Origin: Chrysomallon squamiferum
Lineage: Eukaryota > Animalia > Mollusca
Assembly: GCA_012295275.1 (NCBI GenBank)
Contig: CM022672.1
Coordinates: 29,946,001 to 30,010,000 of the forward strand
DNA length: 64,000 nt
Reading direction: 5' to 3'
Below, one piece after another: positions 47,217 through 61,800 of this stretch (within the stretch, counting starts at the first letter, position 1; each line of letters starts with the position of its first letter). The notes beneath the pieces were generated by a model. That model had not been told where the DNA came from and ran no database searches. It saw only the letters and a program-made list of their open reading frames with translations. Position numbers and translations under genes: made by a program.

Positions 47217-47549
47217 ATCGGCTGTTTCCGTAATAACAACATGTGTTCGGAACTTTTCGGCCGCAGTAAACTCCATTGTAAACGTTAATACTTTAAACAA
47301 CAACCAAATATGAGAAATATGTTAAAATGCCATCGGCTGTTTTCGTAATTAACAATGTTTCGATAATATTCGGCAATGCCCCGTGCCTACTTAAACATTT
47401 ATATTAAAATGCTCTAACAAGGCAAAGGAAGGATGTATAAAATAATTCGGCAATCTTCGTAACTAATATAACGTGCATTCGGAAATATTTTTTTGTCTTT
47501 TATTTTTTCTTAGAAAACAAATAACAAATGTTACCGAATATTTCCGAAT
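47217..47549. repeat. Degenerate ~115-bp tandem repeat (3 units) plus inverted sub-motif
   Basis: tcggc..ttcgtaa...ttcggaa motif at 47218, 47333, 47447; inverted ccgaatatttccgaat 47534-47549. Confidence 0.65.
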
Positions 47550-48182
47550 CTTCTATTGCGACAGTTAAAGATAACTTCATATCGTAAATAATTTGCCTGT
47601 TTTTATAGGTAGCTTTGAACAATACAACTAATGTAAACATGAACTTACATAATTATAACAGTTCTATACCAGTCGAATTTAAAACGTTTTATTTCAAAAA
47701 TGTAATAATAAATAAAGAAATAATAATCTAAACGTTTATCTGTTTGACACTATCTATTTGCCAGTTGCTTTGTGTTGCAAGCCGTTTTCCCCAAGCCGGT
47801 AAATATCTCAAAAAAAAGGAAAAAAGAAAAGAAAAAAAAAAGGGGTCCAGGTTCCTTCAATTGATTTTTATCAGAAACAGCGTCCATGTTTCCCCAATAA
47901 CAATGTTTGTACCAGCTTTTAATCAAAACATTTACTTCCAAGTTCTTCTTAATTTTCCTCCAGTGGACGAAGATGGTAGGAAAATCAATGACTGTTGTGA
48001 GGAAAACAGTTTTTGTGAAGGGAGGTCTGATTGGCGTCGATTGTTTCTCTGTTAACAGCCGTTTGACACGATATGATAGCGTTTATAATTGATGCTCCCC
48101 TCGCAATATTCGTAACAAAATGATAATGTGAACCGTTTAATGAGAATCTTAGTTCTACTTATGTATACTGCATCGTAATCTA

Positions 48183-48267
<85 letters not shown>

Positions 48268-48607
48268 AAATCAGTCAGTCATTCAAAGAGAGTGTACGTC
48301 TTGTTTTCTATATATGAGTGTCGCACGCTATGGTTTGTTTATAGCGTACATTTATTCTTTTTATGGACTCCTAATCCTGTTTACCATAAATAAATAAAAA
48401 TGAGTCCAAATCGAAGTTTATTATCATTAAAAATATTTATAATGTGTAAATTAAAAATTAAACATAATTTTGGAAGCAGTCGTAGTATCACCAGAAGAAC
48501 ACACACACATACATATGCATACACACACAAATATATGCATCAATATATATACCATCAAAAACATAGTCACACTGTTCTTTTATCAAATAATGATCATAAT
48601 AATAATA

Positions 48608-48662
<55 letters not shown>

Positions 48663-48908
48663 TAATAATAATAATAATTAATAAAAAAATAAAAATAAAA
48701 ATAAACAAAGTAACAGACAAACGCCACCCCCTCATCAATGAAATTATTTATTTATTTATCTGGAACTTAATTATCGTGAACACTAAAATGTGCCAAATGC
48801 TTATTAACAATTTATTTATAAATTTATCAGTAGCTTTACCAAATAATATTAATTGCATACAGGCATACTTCCATACATGCACACATGAAGACACACATAC
48901 ACACACAC

Positions 48909-49025
<117 letters not shown>

Positions 49026-52000
49026 AAAAAAAAAAGTAATAATAATGAAAAGAAGAAAACATGGAAATATAAAACCCAGTGCTGCCCACGTCAGACAAAA
49101 TCTTTCGTCACAAACTGTTTTCTCTTGTCAGCATGTTTGACAGGACAATGCGGTGTGCTGATTTAAATCTGTCTACATTTTAATTACATTCATTTTACAC
49201 AAACATTTTCATTGACCTGGCTGGCTGTTCCGATGACAGAGTAAACATGAAGGTTTTGAAAGACATTAGTCAAATTAATCTGTCATAAAATGTCTATTTC
49301 AAGAGAAATAATCAAAACCGTCATATTGTATTTTTACTATAAATATAGTCCAGTCATTGTTAATGGTTAAGCAGTTGGCCTAATCATCCTAGTTAAACCG
49401 GATCGCATCCAGTTATCTGCTGCTCATCTGTGCTATTTGTAAATGTACAATTCTTCTGTCTACATAACTCACTAACATACTAACACAAATATTGTTTTAG
49501 GAAGATGTGTTAACTGAAGTTCAAATAAAGTACATTGCAGAAATTAATAAAACACTATTAGAGAATATTTATTTATTTATTTATTTATATATTACTACTA
49601 CTATAACAACAACAAAAACAACAGCAACAACAATAATAATAATAATAATAATAAGAAGAAGAAATGATAGAGAAATCTGTTTTCTCACTGTTACATTTCA
49701 AATAAGTCAGTTTTTAATTAATAAAAACAACAACAAAAAACAACTAAAAAAACGACAACAAGAAAACAAGAGGAAGACTGATATGATGCACTGTACATGT
49801 TGTGAATGTGGCTGTCTGTGTATTGCGATAAAAACTCAAAGAGGATTATAAAAGGGTAAATTAGGCATTAAAGCTTTATTGCTATTACTACTTTTCTTTT
49901 TTCTTTTCCTTTCTAAAATCAATTACTTTCTCTTTATAGCATACAGTGCATGCATATGTTGTTCCTGCTTGTCTGTCTGTCAGTCTGCTGTTACTGTTAT
50001 GTATTAGCATTAGAATAGGATATTGTTTTAGCTACTGGTACTAGAAATAGTCGTAGTAGTAACAGTAGTGGTTTTAGTTTAGCAGTACCGGTAGTGAGGT
50101 AATAGTAATGGTGGAGGTTACGGTATATTAGTAATAGCAGTAGCAATAGTCATAGTAACAGTAGCAACAGAAGCAGCATATATTGTAGTAATAGTAATAG
50201 ATGAGTTATCGTCGAGGTTGTACCAGCAATAGTAGCAGTGATACTGGTAGTGGCAATAGTAGTTGTATGATTAGTTGCAATAGTAACAGTAGTAATAGTT
50301 TAGGTATGGTGGTGGTTGTTGTAGTAGCCCTTGTAGCAGTATTAGCCTAGTAGTGACAACAACAGCACCATTATTAGACGTAGGGGCTGTAGCTGTAAGT
50401 AGTAATGGTAATAACAACAGTAGTAGTAGCAGTCGTAATAGTAGAAGTAGTAGCAACAGTAGTAGTAATAGCAACAACAATAGCAGTATGTTAAATATTT
50501 ATAATTAGTGTGTATTTGCGTGTTTACAGGTCATCTTTTTACGTGCACTTGTATGTACGTAAAATGCAAAAGGCCCACAAACAGATAAACTCGCCCGTGT
50601 AATTGTTAACAATGGTTGTTGTAAACTGGCCATGAACACAAACAATAAAGGAGGATTACGTAACCACGTTACCAGCTAACAGCGCAGTGTAACCATTCAG
50701 AAACAGTCTTTGTTGGTAACTGACGAGTTTATAAACGTCTCTTTTTCACAATCGCCATGTAATTTCCGTTTCATTCTTGGCCATCGGGGCTTTCACACAG
50801 CCTCGTTTTGAATTCTCCTTCTTTGTTCAGTCTGACGTCATAACATCAATTGACCACGGTTGACGAAATCACATCTTTGCTAAATAAAAGGAATTACGGC
50901 AACACCTAATAAAAAGAAGAACCTGTCTAATGTGATTCGTGCCAGTCGTAAACGCCCTGAAGAAAGTCGCCCCACTTTTTATCGTCCATGGAGAAATAGG
51001 TTTTTCCTTTTGTGTCAGCAAGTCGTTAAAACGCTCCGGTTTATTTTATCCTGATTGATCTGTCCTGTCAGATGGTTGGAGGCGTGAACGACAAGCTCAA
51101 AGTCTTGTAAAAATTCACAGAACTGGAGGTCAGGCCTTGTTTATGGGTCAAAGGTCAAACACGTGTGGGGGATTTCTAACGGTCGTTATTGTGTCCTCGT
51201 TACACACCGTGTTTATTTTCCATCAGCTCAAATCAATCGCGTCGTTCTCAGGGTTGACTTTTGATTACATCTGAAGCGAAGGTCGGATGGGCGGACTGTT
51301 AGATGGATGGACGGATGGATGGATGATGGATAGCTGGATTCTGTTGGTTCACTGATACTGGTGATACGACTCGTATTGCATTGTAATAACTCGTATACGA
51401 AGCAATTGTAATTGTTGTCGTTGTTGTAGCAGCAGCAGCAGAAGCGACAGTAGTATCAGCGGTGATAATGTTATAATAATATTATAATAATACTTATAAT
51501 AATAGGTAATAACACCAATAGCACCACCAGTGGTGATAGTAGCAGTAGCAGCAGCAGCAGTAGTAGTAGTAGTAGCAGCAGCAGCAGCAGCAGTAGAAGC
51601 ATTAGTAGTAGCAGAAGAAGTATTGAATAACAGCAGTATTGGTAAAACTCTAATATAACAAATGACCTTAGCAACGACATTAGTAGTACTAGTAGATAAA
51701 AGCCGCGCCCTATGGGCCCTTACAACTAAGAGTTTAGACTTTAAAAAACACAAATTTCTAGGAGTAAATAATTTACTGGAATAAATAAAAGCTATAAAAT
51801 ATAATTATCACAATTAATTTGAGACCATTACAAGGCAGCAATTTTTTACCATCCAACATTCAGCTATATTCCAATAGTTTTTACAGACGTAGATTTAACA
51901 TTTACATTCTATTTCAAATTCATTCTTATTCGAACTATAAAATAAAAATAGGCTTTTCTTTTTCTTATTGTTTTTAATTACTCTTTTATTTACATCTTTG

Positions 52001-52594
52001 GTCGAAAATAGATTAACTGCTGGAATATTATTATTTTCGTATGATGTAATGTGACGTCATTTAATCAAACAGTTCCAGTCATTGTTTCAACCAGTTTCAT
52101 ATTCTCCGCCGTTTAAGACTCTTTTGTGAGAATCTTTTGTGAACACACTGACAAATAAACACACTGACAAATAAACACACACATACACACGTACACGCAT
52201 ACACGCATTCACATATACACATACACACGCATGCAAACACATTCGCTTATATATCTATATCACACATTTTCTTTTAACTAATACCATTCTCGTAATTATT
52301 TTTATTATTATTTACTAACTTTTTTATTATTTTTCTTTTTCTTCTTCTTCTTCTTATTCACTCCCCCCCCCCAATTCACATCAGATGTTTTTTGCTCTGA
52401 TTTATAACCGCGCAGTCCAGGAAAGTAGAAGAAATAAACTCGCATTAGACAAGTGTATTCTGGTAAAACAGAGATAAAGCACAATTAATTATCTCCACAT
52501 CGACTTGAAACAAGTCCGTTACTCGCCTTAATTCATGACGCGTTCTCATAAAGTTCATCTGCGCCATATTTAATTTTAGAACTTCTTCACTTAC

Positions 52595-52666
52595 CTGGCT
52601 TTAATCGCTGATACGACGTCGTCGTTAATGATGTTCTCGGTGAGGATTTTTGGGTCAGATGTAGAT
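52595..52666 (-). other. Candidate 72-nt antisense internal exon
   Basis: Acceptor gttttatctacag| and perfect donor CCAG|gtaagt; upstream donor ACAG|gtgagc at 53013/53012. Confidence 0.4.
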
Positions 52667-53145
52667 CTGTAGATAAAACGGATTTATTTTTATTTATTTT
52701 TTTATTTTTGTTTTCTTTTATAATTTATTTCGTGGTGGATTTTAGTTTATTTTTTTATGTTTTATTCTTTCATTTTCCTTCCTTTCTTATAATTATATTT
52801 CTTTTTATATTTTACATTTCTAATATTCTCTTATTGTTTTTATTGTTTTTTTTTTTTGTTTTTTTTTTTTTTTTTTTAACATCACAAAATACATAAATAA
52901 AGATTCGGCTGTATAAATAAAAATGAAAACTTTTCGTGGTTCTAACCAAACAGGGACATAATACAGGAAGCTGACAACACGAGTAACAGGAAGCAGGTCT
53001 GTACTCGCTCACCTGTTAATTAAAATAGATTACGTTCGTGCTATTTTTTATTAAAGGTACTTAAATCTCAGGTGTGTTTTAGATGTCAGTGTGACTTAGT
53101 TAACAGTCTTTAGACTTGTATGTAGTGTGATCGATTCCTGCACAC

Positions 53146-53230
<85 letters not shown>

Positions 53231-53467
53231 GGAAAGGTATTAATGAGTAAATACGTAAGTTGAGGTTATTGTTATTATTAGAGTTGTTTTTGTTGTTGTT
53301 GTTGGTGGTGGTGGTGGTGGAAGTGGTGGTGTGTGTGTGTGTGTGATATATGTGTGTGTGTGTGTGTGTAATCGTTAAAACATAGATAAATAATTAAAGA
53401 ATTTTATGTTATTTTATAATATTTTTAAAAAAGGAAAGTATATGTCGGCAAACGCATGTTGACACAA

Positions 53468-53517
<50 letters not shown>

Positions 53518-54353
53518 TTAAAAAAAATTACTGTGTCTATGTTTGCATACATGCACTTTTTTATATAAATACACTAGCAAATAAACATGTACACAAGCGC
53601 GCATATACACACACATAATCGTATATTCAGCCATACATGCAAAAACATATGCGCCTACATATAAATGCACACACACAAACACACACACACGCACACGCAC
53701 ACACACCTTCCAACCAAAACTACAAAAAAATCAAAAAAAAATCACCTCGAAACCTAAATGAAAAAATACAACAACAAACTACACAGAAAGGTTATACGCT
53801 TGTCCATTCAGTAACTTGGTTATGTGCCAGAGTAACTGTTAGTATGTGACTGAGAGAAACCAGCCAGAGAAAGAACTAACTGAAAAAACAAAACAACTAA
53901 AAACAACAGAAGATGCGATAGTTTTACGACCCCTCAGTTAGATCTCGGTTATAATCACAAGATTGTGTTTAGAGAAAAGAACTGACTTAAACTACCTCAT
54001 TAGTTAGCTTTTGGTTAGTCGTTGGTGTAAGTATGCTAAATAAAAAGATAAAAAGAAGATAATCTTACAATCATTAAATAGCTGCACGTTAACTGTTAGT
54101 GTTAGAGAAAATATGGTGTAGCTTTACAGTTAATATTGAACTTTTGACTAAAGCCTCTATCAAGACTTGATCTCTGGACCAAACAGATCTTCACGTCGAC
54201 GGTAATTTTTTACAGCCATTCAATTAAAGCTTGTTTTGGAATCGCCACCTCTACCGTGACGTGATCTCCGTACCTACAGGTCTTCACGCTGGTGACGGTG
54301 TTTCCACAGCACCAGCGAGAATATAAAGACAACGTGTAATAATTGTTCTCACT

Positions 54354-54415
54354 TTTGCTGTCGTCATTCTCTTTGCTGTCGTCATTCTCTTTGCTGTCGT
54401 CATTCTCTTTGCTGT
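54354..54415. repeat. 18-bp tandem repeat x3.4
   Basis: tttgctgtcgtcattctc repeated. Confidence 0.92.
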
Positions 54416-54424
54416 TTGTCGTTA

Positions 54425-54610
54425 TAAATCAGCTTCCGATTGGCCGCAGGCTGGCGGCCATTTTGAAAGAAATCCTCGATTGTTTGGCAATAAATCAGAG
54501 GGTTACGCTATCGCTGATAGACATGTTTTGTATTTATTCATCTCGTTTGTCCGATAAGTTCCTAATTGAGCAATAACCGATGGAAAAAGCTGCAACTAAT
54601 GGCCGCAAAT
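54425..54610. promoter_or_regulatory. Promoter/enhancer-like cluster with YY1-type sites
   Basis: ATTGG 54439-54443, GGCGGCCATTTTG 54453-54465, inverted AATGGCCGC near 54598-54606. Confidence 0.4.
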
Positions 54611-55720
54611 TGATCTAATGTGTCTCTCTCCGCAGTATATTTGCTTAACAAGGGGCCTGGGTAGGAGTCATTTTGAAGACTGTTATTTCAAGACGGCAAA
54701 CAGAACGGTTAATGAATAAGGATAAATGGTTACACTGTTACACGATACGGCTACCTGTGTGATCACAGCCAACTGCACGAGCTATTTCCCCCGCCATTTC
54801 GTTAGTCGATGAAGTATAAAAATGAACAAAAAAGATAATACTACTCAAAAATATATTTTATAAAGTAATAAAAAGAATAAATATATAAGTAAACAGAAAT
54901 GCTGATACACAGTATGAATAAGATGTATTTATTATTATCATTATCATGTAATTTTATAAATTTAATAATAATGATATTATTATTATTATTATTATTATTA
55001 TCGTCATCATAATTTACTTTACGAAATTTCTTATTTTTATTACTGTATTTAATTTATTGTTATTTTCTTCTTCTTTCTTTTTTATTTTATTTTATTTTAA
55101 CTTTCTTCTTCTTCTTCTTCTTCTTTTTTATTTATTTATTTATCTATTTTTTTTTATTTTTTTTTTTGGAAATGATATTATATGAATCTGTACGACTGCA
55201 ACAAATCGGTTTAATAATTTATATGGCTGGTGGCGTGCCGCGTTCAGCTCTGTGTAATAATTTACACATATTTTGTTATCTAAGCCGGTAAGGTTGTCAG
55301 GCGCAGAGTACAAGTTTCTCACGATTACCACAATTATGACGTATCGTTATTGTGAAAAATTACCACACTCTGAGGACACTGTGGTTAAGCCATCGACTTT
55401 AACAGCAGAATATGGTTGGATCGCCTCCGGGTGAAGGCTTCATTTTAATATATCGTTTGAGATTCAATATGTATATATATATATAAATTAAAACAAACAA
55501 CAAAAGGCAAAAAAAAACAGAAACAAAAAAACAACAACATATGCAACAAACAGTTAGTTATTAGTACGAAATAGAAAATTATTTCATATTAACTTTTAGA
55601 AAGAATGTAAAACAGATGCGAAAAGTTTTTTTCTTTTTAGTTTTTTTGGTGATACAGAGAAATAGGGAATGGCTTCTTAATATGAGAGCGAGCAGGAAAT
55701 GATCCTACGACATCAGTTAC

Positions 55721-56253
55721 TGTAAATAATAACAATTCGGACAGAAAGGTATTGTTCTGAAAATGACGTCACGATCTCCATTTTCTCCTTTCACCAGTAT
55801 GATTTGGAATTACAGTTTTGTTACAGAAGTACTGCAACAGAACTGGATCTGTGATGACGGTTGAAACTGTTGCAGTGATACAAGGTGTGTTGTATTATGT
55901 TAGCAACAAGACTTTAGTTCGATACCATACTGGCATCACATAATCATGACGTCATTTTCAAACAAGACATTTCTGTTCATATTGTTATTATTACACTAAG
56001 GAGAGGATTGAATTATTTTGATCATCATCATGACGTCATTTTCAAAACAAAACATTTTTGTTCGTATTGTTATTATTACAATAAGGAGAGGATTGAATTA
56101 TTTTGATCATCATCATGACGTCATTTTCAAAACAAGACATTTCTATTCGTATTGTTAGTATTACAATAAGGAGATCACCTGAATTATTTTAATCATGATC
56201 ATGGCGTCATTTTCAAAACAACATTTCTATTCGTATTGTTATTATTACAATAA
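55721..56253. mobile_element. Fold-back (MITE-like) element 55721-55995 with right arm tandemly amplified (~85-bp units) to 56253
   Basis: Three nested inverted pairs (55721-55775/55943-55995; 55794-55824/55903-55933; 55831-55840/55867-55876) and direct repeats with periods 84, 85, 86 bp. Confidence 0.8.
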
Positions 56254-57527
56254 TTCATTTTGACTGTACCTGCATCATCAAATATTTTCATCACAAATAA
56301 ATTTACACGTTTATTTACCATTTGTAATTAGAATGTGTCAATTAAAAATATATATGTGTGTAAAATAAATAAAGAAAAAGAAAGAAAGAAAGAACAATTA
56401 AGAAAATATGTGGCATGTAGACCTATAAATAGTATTAAATAAAATAATAAAAATGCTGAGTTTTAAGGAAAAAAGATTGTCATTTAGGAAGTCGAAAATG
56501 TGGATGATAAAGTTAAATATATAATGTTGTTTTGTCGGATTAAGAAACGCAGTCGTAGCAAGAAAATTCCGTCACTTAGGGAGGGAATCCATTATTTTAA
56601 AAGCGTGAATACATCAGTTAATAATCGCGCATTAAAACAACTTAAGCTTCCCTTTATCTACATTTTGAAAAAAATAACAACACAAAAGCAACAGCACTGT
56701 GGCGTCATTGGGGTGACACACATACACACTCTTTATATTTGAAAGAACGTACAGAAAATTTATTTTCTTCTCTTTGAGAAATCAGCTTTAAAATACGAGA
56801 ATAACATGAACTGGATTTAGAGCCCAGAACGGTGCTTTGAAAATTATTGTAGAAATATGAATGAGAAACCACTTTAATAATTCCGCTCCGACATAAAACT
56901 ACAGTGGGATATAAAAACAACAACTGAAACTGTTTTATACGTCTGAGTTATAGACTTGACTTTTGACACACTTCAGTGGCACGTGCATTCCGTGGTCTCG
57001 CTGCTGAGTTTGATAGAACGTGCTGGAAGTTATGGTTAATCATTCGTGAAACTAGCCAATCACAGTGGTCGTTTCATACATCAATAAGACTGTTATCTCG
57101 TCCATCATTCACTCGCGTCCTTTTCATATCCGTTTCATTGCGACTGCTGCACGTTGATGTTTCATCTTGTTTGACAGACGCGTAGGAACCAGGCTAAAAT
57201 TTCGAGAATACAAATAAAGTTAAGGATGCTTTCACACTAATGCAGTTTATGTGACCGAACTGTTGCATGATGTATAATGGTTCTGTCAGAACGTCTCTGT
57301 CGTAATGATGTATCTTTAGCAACTTTCACTGCAGGAGACTTGTATTACAGAGGTATATGCGATGTGCATTACACCCGTTTTAAGTGTGGTTCATACCAGA
57401 TCACTTTTCATTTTAGCGTGTATTGTAAAAGCGAAACACACTATCAGTCCTGACAGACAGACAGACAGACAGACAGACAAAGCGAGATATAGAGGAAAGC
57501 AAACTCTTCTTCTTCGTCATCTTCGTT

Positions 57528-57571
<44 letters not shown>

Positions 57572-58074
57572 AGGGTATCAGCTGTTCCTTAAAGTTACAC
57601 TGTGTGAATGCTGCTTTATGGGTCTTGTTTCTCATTTTTCTTCATTTCATAGCGCGTCAAGTGTGACGTAACAAGAGGCAAAAGTGAAAAGTGTAAAAAA
57701 AAAAAAAAAAAAAAAAAAAATGTTTTATGTAGATCTATCAGAAAAATTCGTTTCTATTGTATATTTATTAATGTTTTTCGAACTCCTTTCACATATCTAT
57801 GTATGAAAATAACTCGTCAAAACGTAGCTTTTATTCGTAACGTCAGTGAGATCAAAATAACCTTTTCCATACAAACAACATGGACTCATTTTTTTTAATA
57901 AAGGAATTTGCCAAAAACATGGATGTCTTAATTCTCCTCTGCTCGCGAGAAAAGAAAAAGAAATATTACTAAATATCTTGAGATATAATAGGATGTGTTG
58001 TATAGAAAATATCTTTTTTGTTATTAAATAAAAAAGTATACATGTATAGTTATTTTAAATTTCAAAGTAGAACG

Positions 58075-58180
58075 ATATGCATAGCCTGTGTTAGACTGCT
58101 TGTCTGAGGTGCGTTAAAATTCACATTCTACACTCCCCATAGCATAATTTCCCGTTCCCAGCTATATACTCCAACGATTA
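58075..58180 (+). mobile_element. Decayed SINE head
   Basis: atagcctgtgttagactgc...tttcccgttcccagc...ctccaacga. Confidence 0.35.
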
Positions 58181-59771
58181 ATAATGAGAAATGTATAGGA
58201 GGGAATTTAGCTTTTTATTTATTTATTTATTTTTATTTTATTTTATTATTATTATTTTATTTTGTATATTTATTTTTTATACTTTTTTTTTGTTTTGTTA
58301 ATTATTATTTGTTTGTCTCGTTGTTTTCTTCCTGTCTATGAGAAGGTGGGATGACGCAGTACATCGTACAGTCTGTCGATTCAGATATAATATATATTAT
58401 AAGAGTCATCGAATTTTTAAAATTCTACATTTAATAATACCTTAAATTAACGGTTGCTAGTATTATTATGTTGAAATAAGTTAAACAAATATCCAGTCAC
58501 ATGAATAAAACTGAAGTGTTATTACAGCCTGAGAGATACCGTGGGATTTTAAAGCTCAAGTATTTTCAGTGATCTTTCTATAACCCTTAAAATACTTCAG
58601 TGCTTTATTAACATTTTCTACTGCCCTTAATTTGTACCCTATATACATTAGACACATCAGAGAAAAGGCATCTTGAATAGAGATTCTGAAATTCATATTG
58701 AAAGAAATAGGGGGGCTGTTCTTGTTTATAAAAGAGAGGAGTGATATCATTAGGGAATATATATTTAAAAAAAACAAATAGTAAGAAGTGCCACAAGTAA
58801 ATGATACGGATGGCAGACTGATGTTCCACCCAGTTGACACCCGAGCCGCGCCCAAGAAAGGTTCCAGTTTCTGATAAAGAGTTTTATTACCAGACGTGAA
58901 ATATCTCTACTTTTTCATTTGAAGATTGTTTATTAGACAAAATAATGACTGGTTGTTCCAACGTGCTTTATAAATCTGTACACTGATGAAAAATTGCTGT
59001 GTATCTATTTCCTTTCAATACAAACACGGGACAATACGAAATATGTTCGTTATTGTCCGTTGGGTTTCCGGAGATTTGTTCGGAAGATTATCGACGGCAA
59101 TTATCGATAATTATTTACTACTTGAAGCGAATTTAAACTATTGTAACCGCACAATTGTGCGTTAAACAAATAATATTTAAAAATTCATGAGTTATTTCTC
59201 GTTGCAACTTGCGATATGTATATCGGAGAGAGACAAATATATGTAGATTATGCATAATACAGTTACAGTGAGAGGCATACAGACAAACGGAGAAAGACAG
59301 AAACACACGGAGAGACATAGAGACATTTCCTTGGTGGTATATAAAAAAAAAACAAAAAAAAATCGTTTAACTTTTATCAGCATTTGATATATAATAAGAA
59401 TAATAATAATAATAACAAGTAAACTATAGCAATGTGTTTCAAATACAAACAAACAAACAAACAAAAACAAAAATCTAAGCCTGTTCCATTTTTAATTATC
59501 GGAGACAAAATCTGTTCATTTGTACTGAATTATTCAGTTCACATTTAGTTGTTTGCTGAGAAAAGGGAGGGGGTAATTTTGAGGTCACGGAAGATTTGAC
59601 CTATGGTAATTGATGTCCGTGTTGCTGAGGTATCCCAGACTGCAAAATACCGTTTAGAGTGGACAGTGTGAACAGTTCACACCATGATTCACTGTCCTTC
59701 TTGTGTCACGTGATATTTGTTTTAGTCTTTGTGTGATAATGTCAGTCTGCTTCTATAGTTACTCTGAATTA

Positions 59772-59818
<47 letters not shown>

Positions 59819-59837
59819 CTCTTCAGTATAAGGAGAA

Positions 59838-59907
<70 letters not shown>

Positions 59908-60439
59908 CACCCCCATATCTCTCTATCTCTTTGTCTTTTGCTTTTGGGTTTTGAGACGTTGTTATTCTTTTTATTTCATTTTATCATTTGTATTTTTGTA
60001 ATACACATGTATAAATAAATTCAAAGAAACAGGAAACTACTTTATTTATTTATTTATTTATTTATGTGGATAATTACTTAATTATATAATTATTATTTTC
60101 TATTTAAAAGTAAATAAATAAATCGACAAAGAATTTATTGTATTATATTTTTCGAAACGGTTAATCATATCGTATAACTTAATTTTATCTAATCGAATCA
60201 CAATACAACTTTGTATTACAACAATAATTAATATCAAGTGTTTTCAATCATGCCACCCCCTTTTGAACATAATAGACTCGCCCCTTCCACGTCTGTTTGA
60301 AATATACACCTAATATTATCAGATTTAAAAACATCGTATCATTTAATTGTACATAATTGACGAATGGAGCTTTTAGGCGCGTTTAATAGCCTTGAAATTT
60401 AAATAATTTCTTTTACCACCCGAATTATCACAGATGTCG

Positions 60440-60793
60440 TCTGCTACTTTCGCGCCTCTCGCAGGAGATAAAGCGATGATCGGAAAGGGTCGGCTTTCCC
60501 CGTCGGGAAATGGCCCGCTTTAATGGGTGTTTACAACATCACGTGCATTAAACATGTAAATGCTTTGCACGCGCTGTGACGTCAATCAGCACGACGGCGG
60601 GGTACAGCCAGAGTTTGCGTCTCTGTTGTTTGAAGTGAAATGAACGGTTTCTTGACGATTCTGGAATTTGAAAACAAAAAATATTCTGAAATGTAAACCG
60701 AGAGTTCGTATAGTCCAAAAAAACAGAAACAAAAATAAACAAGCCTAAAACAACGTTAGAACAATAACAATGAGAGAAAAAAAAAAATGTCAG
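60440..60793 (+). promoter_or_regulatory. CpG-rich promoter-like region followed by a candidate first exon ending ATG TCA G|gtatga
   Basis: TCACGTG 60539-60545, TGACGTCA 60577-60584, GGCGGGG 60596-60602, then an A-rich UTR-like stretch and donor CAG|gtatga at 60793/60794. Confidence 0.5.
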
Positions 60794-60886
60794 GTATGAT
60801 TATAAATATAAACTATATATAGATCTTTGTTTATTATTATTGTTTTGTTTGGCTTGGTTTACGGGATTTTTATTTATTTATTTATT

Positions 60887-60931
<45 letters not shown>

Positions 60932-61070
60932 GGTGTTATTATTGATATTATTATTTTGTCTGCGTCTTGTTATCATTTTCAGCTTCATAACATCATCATA
61001 ATCATTATCATTATCACTACTACTACATCTACCACCACCGTTGCTGCTGTTACTACTACTACCCTTACTA

Positions 61071-61119
<49 letters not shown>

Positions 61120-61167
61120 CTCTACCACCACTGTTGCTGCTGTTACTACTACTACCACCACTACCTT

Positions 61168-61211
<44 letters not shown>

Positions 61212-61800
61212 TTTCTTATCTTTCTATACCTGGTACTGTACAAATTATACTACAACTACTACCACCACTACTACTTCTACCACTCCTATTACTAACCATT
61301 ACTCCTACTAATCTTTCTATACCTAGTGGTGCCTACTGTATAAATTGTTTGTTTCTGTATTATCATTACTGCTGCTGCTAAAGCAATTGTTGACTTGTAT
61401 TTCTGTCAACGCGTGAAAAAAAAAAAAAAAAAAAACAGATAAAGAAAGAAACGGACTTGTCTTCCTGCCATGTTGCACTCGTGTGTCAGAGAAACATTTC
61501 TAATGTTTACGTGTCGGTTTAGTACGTGTTTATTTGCTAAGGCGGGGTCCGACACAGGCGTGACGGGGAGGGGGTCGTGTTGCCCAGGCCTCGGGCTTTT
61601 CGCGGCTTAAAACTGAGAGAATCTGTCAACAGCGACGTGATTCCAACAACCTGTGAGAAAAATATTCACACACACACACACACACACACTCACATATACA
61701 GACACATGTACACATGCGCGTACACACACACACACACACACACATACATATACACATACATACATATATACATACATACATATATATATATATTTATTTA

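Noticed and set aside
46709-47303. ORFs 46709-47092 and 47004-47303 (also 44722-45177, 34518-34874)
   Set aside because: Non-ATG or weak starts and no motifs; best explained as chance ORFs in GC-richer regulatory islands
59661-59697. Small hairpin ggacagtg...cactgtcc as a pre-miRNA
   Set aside because: Stem too short and no match to conserved miRNAs I know
60827-61381. Thr-rich mucin-like ORF with hydrophobic N-terminus
   Set aside because: Translation of (ATT)n/(ACT)n microsatellite mosaic with a TTG start, lying just after a likely donor site; no exon boundaries
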